A stretch of 64,000 bases of DNA from Candidatus Aminicenantes bacterium (GCA_014727835.1 WJMT01000129.1:73618-137617), one strand, 5' to 3'; shown: positions 38,106 through 47,698, counted from the stretch's first letter. Notes: generated from the sequence alone by a model not told the origin. Numbers and translations are program-made.

Positions 38106-38993
38106 ATGAAAGCATCCCGCTGTGTGGTTTTGTTTTGTTTGATTGGATTTTTATCAGCCGGCATGTCCTGGCAGGACACCGAAGAGAAACCGCTGCCTGA
38201 TGATATTGTTTTGCTTGAATACAGGGCTCTTTTTCCCGGAGAGGCGGTTAAAATATCGATCAACAGCCTGCCGATTATCAAATCCGTTCAAGTCCTGTTT
38301 CGTGGAAAAACCTACGAGGCGCCGCAAAAAAGTGATGTTTTTCTCTGTTTGATCGGTCTGGACTTAGGGATGAAAGAGGGAATTTATCCTGTAACCGTCC
38401 GGTTGCACAAAGAGGACAGAACAGTGGATGAGATTAAAAAAGAAATCTATGTCAAGACCAAACAGTTTCCAGTGAAAAAATTATGGGTCAAGGAGGAATT
38501 TGTCACACCCCCTCAAAGTGTTTCAAACCGGATCCGGGAGGAATCAGAGCTGATTGGAGCAGTGTATGATATCCATTCTCCGGAATGGAGGATCGACGGA
38601 AACTTTGTTCTTCCTGTGAAAGGACAGATGTTTTTCAATTTTGGAGAGAAACGGATTTACAACAACAAACCCCGTTCGCAGCACAGCGGCATTGACATTT
38701 CCTCTCCAACAGGGACTCCGGTTATGGCTTCAAATGCAGGCCGCGTGGTGCTGGCAAATCACCTGTATTTTTCCGGAAAGACTGTGATCATTGACCATGG
38801 ACTGGGGGTCTTCTCCCTCTACTGTCATTTTTCGAATATATCTGTTGAAGGGGGAGATGAGGTTGAAAAGGGAGAGATGATAGGAAAGATCGGTGCTACA
38901 GGAAGAGTGACCGGCCCTCATCTGCACTGGAGCATCAAGATAAGGGGAAGCCGGATTGATCCCAATTCATTGCTTTCTCTCAATTTCAAATAA
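38106..38993 (+). CDS. M23 family metallopeptidase (secreted)
   Basis: Sec signal. HxxxD (HSGIDI) and HxH (HLH) M23 motifs. Start immediately follows the upstream stop. Confidence 0.85.
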   Translation: MKASRCVVLFCLIGFLSAGMSWQDTEEKPLPDDIVLLEYRALFPGEAVKISINSLPIIKSVQVLFRGKTYEAPQKSDVFLCLIGLDLGMKEGIYPVTVRLHKEDRTVDEIKKEIYVKTKQFPVKKLWVKEEFVTPPQSVSNRIREESELIGAVYDIHSPEWRIDGNFVLPVKGQMFFNFGEKRIYNNKPRSQHSGIDISSPTGTPVMASNAGRVVLANHLYFSGKTVIIDHGLGVFSLYCHFSNISVEGGDEVEKGEMIGKIGATGRVTGPHLHWSIKIRGSRIDPNSLLSLNFK

Positions 38994-39140
38994 CCTGGAT
39001 TGTTCATAAAAAAATGGCGATATAATTATAATCATTTCATTTTGTGCGATTGACAAGACTATTTCAAAAACAATAACTTGAAGATTTTTCTTGTTTGTCT
39101 TTTTATTTTAATCGCCATTTTTTGACCTTTCAGGCGAGCC

Positions 39141-39232
39141 CATCTTACGGGATCTGCTTGGTTACAAGGCATTCGCAGTGAACACACCTTCATGCCATGC
39201 GCCTCGCATCTGCCGCAATGTTGACTGGTGAA
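39141..39232. repeat. F1 repeat copy C
   Basis: catcttacgggatctgcttggttacaaggcattcgcagtgaacacaccttcatgccatgcgcctcgcatctgccgcaat. Shorter inner stem and loop. Confidence 0.6.
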
Positions 39233-39263
39233 TAATCCAGGTGAGTTTCCGATTTTGTTTCAT

Positions 39264-39292
39264 TTGACAATCGTGAGCTGCAATTCTATAGT
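39264..39292 (+). promoter_or_regulatory. Putative sigma70-type promoter for the permuted phosphoglycerate mutase gene
   Basis: TTGACA - 17 nt - TATAGT, about 35 nt upstream of the ATG. AAAGGA RBS 9 nt before the start codon. Confidence 0.4.
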
Positions 39293-39327
39293 ATTTTTTT
39301 TCTAATTCCCTTCCAAAGGAAATTAAA

Positions 39328-40953
39328 ATGAGAAAAAAAGAAGACATTATCGTCAATACTCCTATGGTGGAAGCAGTGTTGGAAGCTTATGACCAAGGTC
39401 AGGAGGATGAGAGTCTGGAGCCAATTGTGGCTTGTGATGCCCAAGGCGCACCCTTGGGAAGAATGGAAAACAAAGATTATGTGATTTTTTATGATATCCG
39501 AGGAGAAAGGGAAGTGGAGATCACCAGAAGTCTCACTGAAAAAGATTTCTCAAATTTTCCAGTCAAAAAAGACACCCGATTGCATTTTGTCACCATGATC
39601 GAATACAAATCAGACCTGAACGCAAAGGTGGCTTTTCCGCCCCCGGGAAGAGTGAAGAATTCCCTGGGAGAAGTCCTTTCCAAGAAAGGAATTCCGTTCT
39701 GTAAGATATCTGAATCTGAGAAAGAGGTTCATGTGGGATATTTTTTCAATGGAAAAAGCGAAAAAGTGTTTCCAGGCGAGGAGAGGAAAGTGATTCCTTC
39801 ACCTGAGGGGGTCGCATCTTTTTCAGAAAAACCGGAAATGAGCATCCGGATGGTCACTCAAGAAATCATCTCCACACTCGATGAATCCAAATACAGAATG
39901 GTGTTGGCAAATTTTGCCAATGCTGATGTAGTGGGGCATTCAGAGGACAGAGAAGCTGTGATCAAAGCTGTGGAATCTGTGGATAGGGAGTTGGGAAAAG
40001 TGGTGGACTACTGTCAAGAGCATGGAGTGACTCTAGTGGTCACTGCAGACCACGGCACTGTTGAGGAGTGGCTTTATCCTGACGGAACCATCAACACCGG
40101 ACACACCAATAATCAGGTCCCTTTTATTCTGGCCGATTTTTCTGAAAACAATCCAAAAGAGACCAAACTTCGATCATCCGGAGAATTGTCTCATATCGCT
40201 CCCACTGTTCTTCAACTGCTGCATCTGGATCGACCTTCTGAAATGAAAGAGGAAAGCATGGTTCTCAATAAAGAGGCTTTGACCAGTCCCAAACAAAAAG
40301 TTCTTCTTCTGATACTGGATGGATGGGGGCTCAATGAGTCCAAGAAAGGAAATATGATCCAGGCTGCAAAGACACCTCACTATGATCAACTCTGGGGGCA
40401 GTATCCTCATGCAAAACTTCAAGCCTCAGGAGAAGCTGTGGGAATGCCGCCCGGCACTGTAGGCAATTCAGAAGCCGGTCATCTTCATATAGGAGCTGGA
40501 AGAAGGATTTTGTTGGATCGGGTCCGAATCGACCGTTCCATCGATGACGGCAGTTTCTTCAAAAACCGAGTTTTTTTAGAGACCATGGAAAAAGCAAAAA
40601 AGGAGAATAAGCCATTGCATCTTCTCGGGATTGTGTCTCATTACAGCTCTCACGGGACCATTGACTTTCTTTATTCATTACTGAAGTTGGCCAAAAACAA
40701 AGGATTGAAACAAGTCTATGTGCATTCTCTTATCGGGAGACGAGGAGAAAAACCTGAAAGCGGAGCCATATATATTTCAAAAGTGGAACAGATGTGCCAA
40801 GAGGTCTCTGTGGGGCATCTGTGCACCATAATGGGGAGATTTTGGGCCCTGGATAGAGAAGAAAACTGGGACCGGGTGGAAAAAGCATACCGAGCCCTGG
40901 TGTTTGGAGATGGGCGAAAAATCAGGATGAAAGGTCAAGAGCTTCAGGACTGA
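39328..40953 (+). CDS. 2,3-bisphosphoglycerate-independent phosphoglycerate mutase homolog with circularly permuted domain order
   Basis: Residues 1-305 align to the canonical C-terminal two-thirds of bacterial iPGM (YDIRGERE..., NFANADVVGHSED, VVTADHG, APTVLQLL). Residues 310-541 align to the canonical N-terminal third (LLILDGWG, GNSEAGHLHIGAGR, DREENWDRVEKAY). Confidence 0.85.
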   Translation: MRKKEDIIVNTPMVEAVLEAYDQGQEDESLEPIVACDAQGAPLGRMENKDYVIFYDIRGEREVEITRSLTEKDFSNFPVKKDTRLHFVTMIEYKSDLNAKVAFPPPGRVKNSLGEVLSKKGIPFCKISESEKEVHVGYFFNGKSEKVFPGEERKVIPSPEGVASFSEKPEMSIRMVTQEIISTLDESKYRMVLANFANADVVGHSEDREAVIKAVESVDRELGKVVDYCQEHGVTLVVTADHGTVEEWLYPDGTINTGHTNNQVPFILADFSENNPKETKLRSSGELSHIAPTVLQLLHLDRPSEMKEESMVLNKEALTSPKQKVLLLILDGWGLNESKKGNMIQAAKTPHYDQLWGQYPHAKLQASGEAVGMPPGTVGNSEAGHLHIGAGRRILLDRVRIDRSIDDGSFFKNRVFLETMEKAKKENKPLHLLGIVSHYSSHGTIDFLYSLLKLAKNKGLKQVYVHSLIGRRGEKPESGAIYISKVEQMCQEVSVGHLCTIMGRFWALDREENWDRVEKAYRALVFGDGRKIRMKGQELQD

Positions 40954-41027
40954 ATTATTTGAAATTTTAAGGAACTTTATAGCTGGACTTTCGTATTTAT
41001 AAGAGAAAACATGGACTCACAAAGACA

Positions 41028-41939
41028 ATGATTGCTGATGTCAAAAATCTAACTTTCAGTTACGGGGAAATTCTGGCCCTGGACAATGTGGAAATGGAAC
41101 TGCATAAAGGGGCAGTGGGTCTTCTGGGGCCCAATGGGGCAGGAAAAAGCACACTCATCCGTATTCTGCTCGGTTTTCTCACTCCGGATCATGGAACCGG
41201 ACATGTCCTGGGTTATGATATTCAAAATCAACAACAGTTGATCCGGAAATACGTGGGTTATATGCCTGAGGATGACTGCTTTATTCCTGGAATGGACGGA
41301 GTGACGTTCACTTCATTTTTGGGAGAGCTTTCCGGAATGCCCAAGCAGGAAGCCATGAAACGGGCACATGAAGTCCTTTTTTATGTGGGACTTGAAGAGA
41401 GCCGCTACAGAAATGTGGAGACTTATTCCAGCGGGATGAAACAAAGACTCAAGCTGGCTCAGGCGATTGTCCATGATCCCCAGCTGATCTTTTTAGATGA
41501 GCCCACCAGTGGTCTGGACCCGTCCGGAAGAAAAGAGATCTTGGACCTTATTCTGGATATATCTTCCAAAAGAAATATCAATGTCTTGATATCCTCTCAT
41601 ATCCTTCCTGATATAGAGAGTTCCTGCTCTCATGTGATGATCCTGTCTGAAGGTAAAATGGCAGCTCAGGGCAGCCTCAGTGAATTGAAACAGATCGATT
41701 ACAGCCTTTATGAAATCCGGACCTATGGAGATGATAAAGAATTTCTGAACAAATTAAAAAAAATGGGATGTAAAATCGACTTGGCTGAGGATAAAGTGAT
41801 CAAGGTTTTTCTGCCTCCGGAAAAAAATCACCTGGAAATATTCAAGCTGGCTCAGGAAGAGAAGGTCCAAATAAGGCATTTTGTCAAAAGTCAGACATCT
41901 CTTGATGATCTGTTTGCCAGAGTAGTGGGAGAGGAATGA
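41028..41939 (+). CDS. ABC transporter ATP-binding protein
   Basis: Walker A GPNGAGKST, signature YSSGMKQRL, Walker B LIFLDEPTSGLD. Confidence 0.88.
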   Translation: MIADVKNLTFSYGEILALDNVEMELHKGAVGLLGPNGAGKSTLIRILLGFLTPDHGTGHVLGYDIQNQQQLIRKYVGYMPEDDCFIPGMDGVTFTSFLGELSGMPKQEAMKRAHEVLFYVGLEESRYRNVETYSSGMKQRLKLAQAIVHDPQLIFLDEPTSGLDPSGRKEILDLILDISSKRNINVLISSHILPDIESSCSHVMILSEGKMAAQGSLSELKQIDYSLYEIRTYGDDKEFLNKLKKMGCKIDLAEDKVIKVFLPPEKNHLEIFKLAQEEKVQIRHFVKSQTSLDDLFARVVGEE

Positions 41940-42814
41940 TGACCATCAAGCAGAAAGGATACACCCACTGGGACGGGGAGCTGAAAACAACACAGTATCC
42001 ATGGACCCCTATAACCAAAAAAGGGATTAAGCTGGCATTCAAGAAAAAGTTTTTCAAGTTCACTTTTTTTCTGACTCTCATCCCTGCCATTGTGTTTTTG
42101 GTGGGCATTTATATCTCTGAACGACTGGAGGACTTTGCATTTCTGACCCAGGATGTGGATGCAGTCTCTTTTCTTAAAATCAGCCCCAAATACTTCAATT
42201 CTTATTTCACCAATGACTTTCTACTGTTCATGATCGTGGTGATCCTGGTTTTTTGCGGAGCCGGCCTGATTTCAGATGACCTCAGGTACAATTCTCTTCA
42301 GCTTTATTTTTCAAGGCCGATTAGAAAAAAGGATTATTTTCTGGGAAAAGCTTCGGTGATCGCATTCTTTTTATTCATCCTGACCCTGGTGCCCGGAGTC
42401 ATTTTTTTGTTAATGAAGATCTTATTTTCCGGGAGCATGACTTTTATCTGGGATTATCCATGGCTCATTGCATCGGTTTTCGGATATTCGGTTTTCATCA
42501 CCGTGTTTTTTGCTTTTTACACCTTGTTCATCTCTTCAGTGAACAAGAACAGAAGGTATGTCTCTGTTTTGATCTTTGGAGTGTATGTGTTTTCTGATAT
42601 CCTTTACGGAATTTTACACGGAATTTTCAACAGTGACTATTTTTCGCTGATTTCCATAAAAGCCAATCTCCAGCAAGTGGGAGCCGCCTTTTTTGGGCAG
42701 AATTACCCTCATCAGGTCTCATGGATGCTATCATTTCTAATTCTGGTGCTGATCTGTGTGGTGGCTGGATATGTGTTGAATAAAAAGGTTAGAGGAGTGG
42801 AGGTGGCAAAATGA
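41936..42814 (+). CDS. ABC-2 family transporter permease
   Basis: 292 aa, 6 predicted TM helices. Translationally coupled to the ATPase gene. Confidence 0.7.
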   Translation: MMTIKQKGYTHWDGELKTTQYPWTPITKKGIKLAFKKKFFKFTFFLTLIPAIVFLVGIYISERLEDFAFLTQDVDAVSFLKISPKYFNSYFTNDFLLFMIVVILVFCGAGLISDDLRYNSLQLYFSRPIRKKDYFLGKASVIAFFLFILTLVPGVIFLLMKILFSGSMTFIWDYPWLIASVFGYSVFITVFFAFYTLFISSVNKNRRYVSVLIFGVYVFSDILYGILHGIFNSDYFSLISIKANLQQVGAAFFGQNYPHQVSWMLSFLILVLICVVAGYVLNKKVRGVEVAK

Positions 42815-43737
42815 ATCCGGTTATAAAGACCCGGAAGCTGTCCAAATGGTACGGAAACATCCTGGGACTGAGTGATGTCACCTTAAAGATAGAGAAAGGA
42901 ATCACCGGACTTCTGGGACCTAACGGAGCCGGAAAATCCACATTTCTCAAGCTGCTCACTGGCCAGATCAAGGCCAATATCGGTTCGGTCATGATCAACG
43001 GAGAGAAAGTGAGGAACAATCACCGGATTTTCTCACAGATCGGATTTTGTCCCGAATCTGATTCGTTTTATGAAGAGATGACCGGATGGGAATTTGTCAC
43101 CGGACTTTTGAAACTGCACCACTTTTCTCAAGCGGATATTGAAAAACGAGCAGCCAAGGCACTGAACATCGTAGACCTAGAAAAGGCCAAGGACCGGAGG
43201 ATCAAAACTTACAGCAGGGGAATGAGACAGAGGATCAAATTCGCCCAGGCCATTGCCCATGAACCCGATGTTTTGATTCTGGATGAACCCTTGAACGGAC
43301 TGGACCCGTTAGGCCGTCGGAAGCTGATCCGGCTCATTAAATCTTATAGAGATGAGGGGAAAACCATTATTGTGTCCAGTCATGTGCTCTCTGAGATCGA
43401 AGCCATGACCAATAATATCATACTGATCCACCAGGGAAAGATATTTGCTCAGGGTGATATCCACTATATCCGGGACCTCATTGATACTCATCCTCATATG
43501 ATCTCGGTCACATGCAGTGATCCCAGAAAAATCGCTTCCCGGTTTGTCAAAGAGGATTACATCCTGAACATTGATTTCACTGAAAAAAAAGACAACTTTG
43601 TGGTCAAAACCAACAACCGGGATCAATTTTTCAATCGTTTGCCTTCTGTTTTTATTGAGGAGAAGACTGAAGTCCAAGAGATCACATCCCCGGATGACAA
43701 TCTACAAGCTGTTTTTGACTACCTGATCGGAGAATGA
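42811..43737 (+). CDS. ABC transporter ATP-binding protein (second copy)
   Basis: Walker A GPNGAGKST, signature YSRGMRQRI, Walker B VLILDEPLNGLD. Confidence 0.88.
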   Translation: MNPVIKTRKLSKWYGNILGLSDVTLKIEKGITGLLGPNGAGKSTFLKLLTGQIKANIGSVMINGEKVRNNHRIFSQIGFCPESDSFYEEMTGWEFVTGLLKLHHFSQADIEKRAAKALNIVDLEKAKDRRIKTYSRGMRQRIKFAQAIAHEPDVLILDEPLNGLDPLGRRKLIRLIKSYRDEGKTIIVSSHVLSEIEAMTNNIILIHQGKIFAQGDIHYIRDLIDTHPHMISVTCSDPRKIASRFVKEDYILNIDFTEKKDNFVVKTNNRDQFFNRLPSVFIEEKTEVQEITSPDDNLQAVFDYLIGE

Positions 43738-44555
43738 ACGAGATGGAGAGAAACCTTAAAGAAAAAGAGTGGACCTTTTTCAATTCTTTTCAGGATGTGT
43801 TTTCTTTTTTCTTTTTGCTGGGCCGCAAAGCAAAAAAGACCAAAGTGTTCTATCTCCTCAGTTTCATGCCTGTAGCCATGGCGCTGATGGTTCAGTTCGG
43901 ACAGATTTTTTATTCTCGAAATTCTCTGTCTGGGCCCTATGTTTTTTCCAATATCATCATCACATTTTATCTTCAGTTCATTATTCTGATCCTGGCCCTG
44001 TTCTTTGGGACATCTGTGTGTTCTGAGGAACTGGAAGGAAAGACTTTGTCTTATCTCACTACCCGGCCTATTTCCAAATCATCTTTTATCCTTGGAAAAT
44101 ATGCGGCTTACTCTCTTCTAATGGTGTTGATGACTGTAGTGGGAGTGGTTCTGTGTTTTTTAATATTGAATTTCAACCAGCTGGGTCGTTTCTCTCTGTA
44201 TAAAGTGCTGCTCAAAGATACAGCTGTTCTGGTGTTGGGGCTTCTCTGTTACACGGCTCTGTTCACCTTTATCGGAACTTTCATCAAAAGGTCTATCATG
44301 TTTGGCCTGATATTCAGTTTTGGTTGGGAAAATGTCATCCAGTATTTTCCTGGTTCCACTCAGCGGTTTGCCATTGTTCACTATCTCAAGTCTCTGCTTC
44401 CCTCTCCCACCTCGGGAAGATTTTCTTTTCTGCTGTTCCGTCTGGAGCCCACTCCGCCGGTACTGGCTGTGGTCATATTGTTAGGGATTACAGCCCTTTT
44501 CTTGGGATTAGCTTGCCTGGTTTTCAGTTATAAGGAATACATCCTTGAAGAGTAA
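43734..44555 (+). CDS. ABC-2 family transporter permease (second copy)
   Basis: 273 aa polytopic protein. Overlaps the upstream ATPase stop. Confidence 0.7.
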   Translation: MNEMERNLKEKEWTFFNSFQDVFSFFFLLGRKAKKTKVFYLLSFMPVAMALMVQFGQIFYSRNSLSGPYVFSNIIITFYLQFIILILALFFGTSVCSEELEGKTLSYLTTRPISKSSFILGKYAAYSLLMVLMTVVGVVLCFLILNFNQLGRFSLYKVLLKDTAVLVLGLLCYTALFTFIGTFIKRSIMFGLIFSFGWENVIQYFPGSTQRFAIVHYLKSLLPSPTSGRFSFLLFRLEPTPPVLAVVILLGITALFLGLACLVFSYKEYILEE

Positions 44556-44600
44556 TGAAATTCGGAATCGGCTTGTGCTCTGTTCAGAAGCCGAATTTCA
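44556..44600. terminator. Perfect 10-bp inverted repeat hairpin between convergent genes
   Basis: tgaaattcgg (25-nt loop) ccgaatttca starts immediately after the ABC permease stop. A T-run lies 22 nt further on. Confidence 0.45.
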
Positions 44601-44633
44601 TGTCGGCTTGTGAATAAATTAAGTTTTTTTGAT

Positions 44634-45629
44634 TTATTTTTCGGTGTCTTGGGTTGAATCTTCTTGGGTCATCTCTGTGACTTTTTTGATCAGTTCCTCA
44701 GGAAAATCAGCTGAGATTTTCACATTCTCATCTCCGGAAGTCACCTGGATCCGGTTCACCAGCTCCCCGATTTCCGGTTTCTCTGCTTGGGACATAGAAG
44801 CGAAACTGATGAGCCCATTAAGTGCTTTGGCGAGCTGTTCGTTTTTCTCAGGATCACTGCTCTGGAGGTTTACATCCACCAATATGGAGTTGTTCTTGTA
44901 GTCGAAATTCAAGGTGATGCCGCTGACGGATTTCAAGTTTTGAAGCATGGGACTTTGTGCGGCCGCTTTTTCAACGGTTTCTTGCGGAACCAGAAAGGCT
45001 CCCCAGAATAATGTGTCTTGATTGGTTTGTTTGAGAAGGTTTGACAGCTCTTGGTTTTGATATATGTTGTCACCTTGCTTGTTCACAATATCAAGAATGG
45101 ACTGAACTCCCTCCAGATTTCCTGCAGCTATATTGGATTCATCCAGAAAGGCAAACCCGGTTTGTTCGCCGTCTTCTTCCATTGAGTGAATGGTATATCC
45201 ATTGTATTCTGTCTCTGTGATCACCTGTTCTTCCTGTTCTGACTGAGTTTGGATGAATTCCAGAAGAGCATCTTTGTTGTATTTCATATTGATGACAGCA
45301 GCCACTTTTTGAATGGAATCCGGATCCTTGGCAGATATGGAGAGGGCCATGAAGTAAATGTCCTTCTTGGGGTCCACTCCGGTTTTCTCAATAAATTCAA
45401 AATACTTTTTTGAGTTGTCCTGTTTTTCTATGGATTGGATGACCGTTTCAATAGACATGGCTTCATGGATATCAGCAAACAGCACACCCTGGGAATCAGC
45501 AGGAAGAAGATTGAGCATGTCTGCAGGTGATGCGGTTCCGGCTTTGGGTGTGGTGGTCTGTTGCTGGCATGAAAAGAGTGAGAATAGAATCAAACAAAGA
45601 CATAAACCTAAAGCTAAATTTTTCCTCAT
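44634..45629 (-). CDS. Hypothetical lipoprotein
   Basis: Lipobox LFSLFSC in the signal peptide MRKNLALGLCLCLILFSLFSCQQQ. 331 aa, acidic, no recognisable family. Confidence 0.6.
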   Translation of the reverse strand: MRKNLALGLCLCLILFSLFSCQQQTTTPKAGTASPADMLNLLPADSQGVLFADIHEAMSIETVIQSIEKQDNSKKYFEFIEKTGVDPKKDIYFMALSISAKDPDSIQKVAAVINMKYNKDALLEFIQTQSEQEEQVITETEYNGYTIHSMEEDGEQTGFAFLDESNIAAGNLEGVQSILDIVNKQGDNIYQNQELSNLLKQTNQDTLFWGAFLVPQETVEKAAAQSPMLQNLKSVSGITLNFDYKNNSILVDVNLQSSDPEKNEQLAKALNGLISFASMSQAEKPEIGELVNRIQVTSGDENVKISADFPEELIKKVTEMTQEDSTQDTEK

Positions 45630-46085
45630 ATCATTTTCTCCTTTTTATGGATCTTGTTTTCCTGAAAATCATCATCAATGATATCAAAAATGGAATTAAA
45701 ATAAAAAGATTTATTTTAAAAACAATAAAAGCTTCAACTGGCTGGAGTAAAGCCAGCAGCGTATCCATATCAATCCAAAAATAAAGCTCTGCTGAATAAG
45801 AAAAGCCAAGGCAATGAAGAGCAGTGAGTTTTACTGGAAGACTCCGATTTTTGGGAACAACTGCGCAATGAAGTCGTTGTTTTTATACACTCCGGTCCTG
45901 GATACTGGCCTGGGGACTTTGGAAAGGAAGTGGATGTCCAGAACAATGGTTTCTCCGGGTGCATTCAGCTTCTCTTTTTTTAACAGAAAAAATTTTTCAT
46001 TTTTCATAGAATAGGAATGATCGGAGCTTGCAGGGAGAGAGGTTTTTCACGTACAATGAAGGGATTCATTTAAAGATTAAGATCC

Positions 46086-46664
46086 ATGGAATTCAGCAAT
46101 GAAATACAGCAGACTCCTTTTTTGCAGTTGGTTTCTCAGAGAAAAAGCATCCGAAGGTTCAATGAAAAAAAATTAAAACGAGAAGATATTTTGACTTGCC
46201 TTGAAGCTGCCCGTTTGGCTCCTTCTGCAGAGAATGCACAGCCATGGAGATACCTGGTTATCGATGATCCTGACATCAAGAAAAGGTTTGCCAATGAGGC
46301 ATTTTCTGGGATTTATTCTGTATCCAAGTTCGCTCAGAAGGCCCCGGTTTTGATACTGGTCATGGCGCGGCTGAACGTGATCACGCACCGGGTGGGGAAA
46401 CAAATACAGAACATCCAGTTTCATTTGATTGACATCGGCATTTCAGGAGAACACCTGGTCCTTCAAGCAGAAGAGCTGGGTATTGGAACGTGCTGGATGG
46501 GTTGGTTCAGCACCCGGAAAACAAGGAAATTTTTCAGCATCCCTAAAAAATTCAAGATCGCAGCTCTTTTAGCCATGGGATATTATGATAAAAAACCTTC
46601 CCGGAAAAGAAAAAGAAAACAAATCAAAGAGATCGTATGGTTCAATAAAATGGATTCAGATTAG
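46086..46664 (+). CDS. Nitroreductase family protein
   Basis: RKSIRRFNEKKL...AARLAPSAENAQPWRYLVI matches the nitroreductase N-terminal FMN-binding signature. Confidence 0.8.
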   Translation: MEFSNEIQQTPFLQLVSQRKSIRRFNEKKLKREDILTCLEAARLAPSAENAQPWRYLVIDDPDIKKRFANEAFSGIYSVSKFAQKAPVLILVMARLNVITHRVGKQIQNIQFHLIDIGISGEHLVLQAEELGIGTCWMGWFSTRKTRKFFSIPKKFKIAALLAMGYYDKKPSRKRKRKQIKEIVWFNKMDSD

Positions 46665-47509
46665 ATCTCCACTCCAAAGAATCCTTTAAAAGAAAATCCG
46701 AATACGATGGAAAGAATGAAAAACACCACGATCCAGTGAAAGTTGATTCCCAGCACATGAAAACCGGACGAAGGATAGGTGATTTCTACGGACTTTACAA
46801 AAGAGTTTTTCTCCAAAGGTTTTTCTAAGGGATAGAGCAGCTGGTCCATTATGTTTTTTCTTTTTTTGAATGGAGATATTTGGCTTAAAGGATTTTGACT
46901 CACTGAAACGGATTTTGTGATGAGTTGCTCGCCTATTTTGATTTTGATCTCATGAACACCTGCCTTTTGTGCTGAAAAACGCCAATCGATCTCATTTTGT
47001 TCATTGATCCTCAAAGGAGCGGTCTCTATTTGAATCGAATCATTGGCTGTGATCTCTGTATCCAATTCTGTGGGGACAAAATCATCAGATAATTTGACTT
47101 TCAGTAAGGCGGTTTCTTCAATCCCCAATGAATCATAGGCAAACCAGAAGTTGGAATGAATCAAGATCAGAATGACAGGGATGATCATGATCAATAAAGG
47201 TTTGAGGGAATATTTCATGTATTTGAAATTGGACAAGAGGATATGGCCTTGGGCTTTGAAGGACGTTCGAAGGTCATCTTTATACAGCCGAAGTTCCAGA
47301 AGGTGGGCTTTGATCTTGTTTTTTGTTTTTTTGATTCCTTCCTGATCCGAGGTGAGTTTGAAGATGAAGAGCATGATCAGCCCGGTCAGAAGTGAAATAA
47401 AGATCATGCCAAACCAGGGACTTATGTTTTGGAAAGGAAGAAAGATGATTTCAAAAAATTTGCTGAGGACTGAATTGAGAATATGGACCATTTTAGGAGA
47501 TATAACCAA
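46661..47509 (-). CDS. Hypothetical integral membrane protein
   Basis: 282 aa. Two N-terminal TM helices, a large soluble middle region, a C-terminal TM helix. No recognisable motifs. Confidence 0.55.
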   Translation of the reverse strand: MVISPKMVHILNSVLSKFFEIIFLPFQNISPWFGMIFISLLTGLIMLFIFKLTSDQEGIKKTKNKIKAHLLELRLYKDDLRTSFKAQGHILLSNFKYMKYSLKPLLIMIIPVILILIHSNFWFAYDSLGIEETALLKVKLSDDFVPTELDTEITANDSIQIETAPLRINEQNEIDWRFSAQKAGVHEIKIKIGEQLITKSVSVSQNPLSQISPFKKRKNIMDQLLYPLEKPLEKNSFVKSVEITYPSSGFHVLGINFHWIVVFFILSIVFGFSFKGFFGVEI

Positions 47510-47684
47510 GGCCTTTTAATTTCTTTTTGATTTCTTCTTCTGAGTCTGATTCCTCCAGTTTAGAAATCTCTTTTTCCAGACAATGAGTCACAAATTCCTC
47601 AGGGGAGGAATATCCTGACATGGATGCGAATTTTTTGACTTTTTTGAACAGTTCTTTGTCCAGTTTGATTTTTGCTTTGCCCAT
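47493..47684 (-). CDS. Small ribbon-helix-helix (CopG/Arc/MetJ-like) protein
   Basis: 63 aa. IKLDKELFKKVKKFASMSGYSSPEEFVTHCLEKEI fits the RHH beta-alpha-alpha pattern. Overlaps the downstream membrane protein gene by 17 nt. Confidence 0.5.
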   Translation of the reverse strand: MGKAKIKLDKELFKKVKKFASMSGYSSPEEFVTHCLEKEISKLEESDSEEEIKKKLKGLGYIS

Positions 47685-47698
47685 TTCAATCTCCTCAT

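Noticed and set aside
39162-39356. 64-aa minus-strand ORF upstream of the permuted iPGM gene
   Set aside because: It lies on the F1-C repeat and the iPGM promoter/RBS region. A paralogous ORF is not conserved in the other F1 copies.
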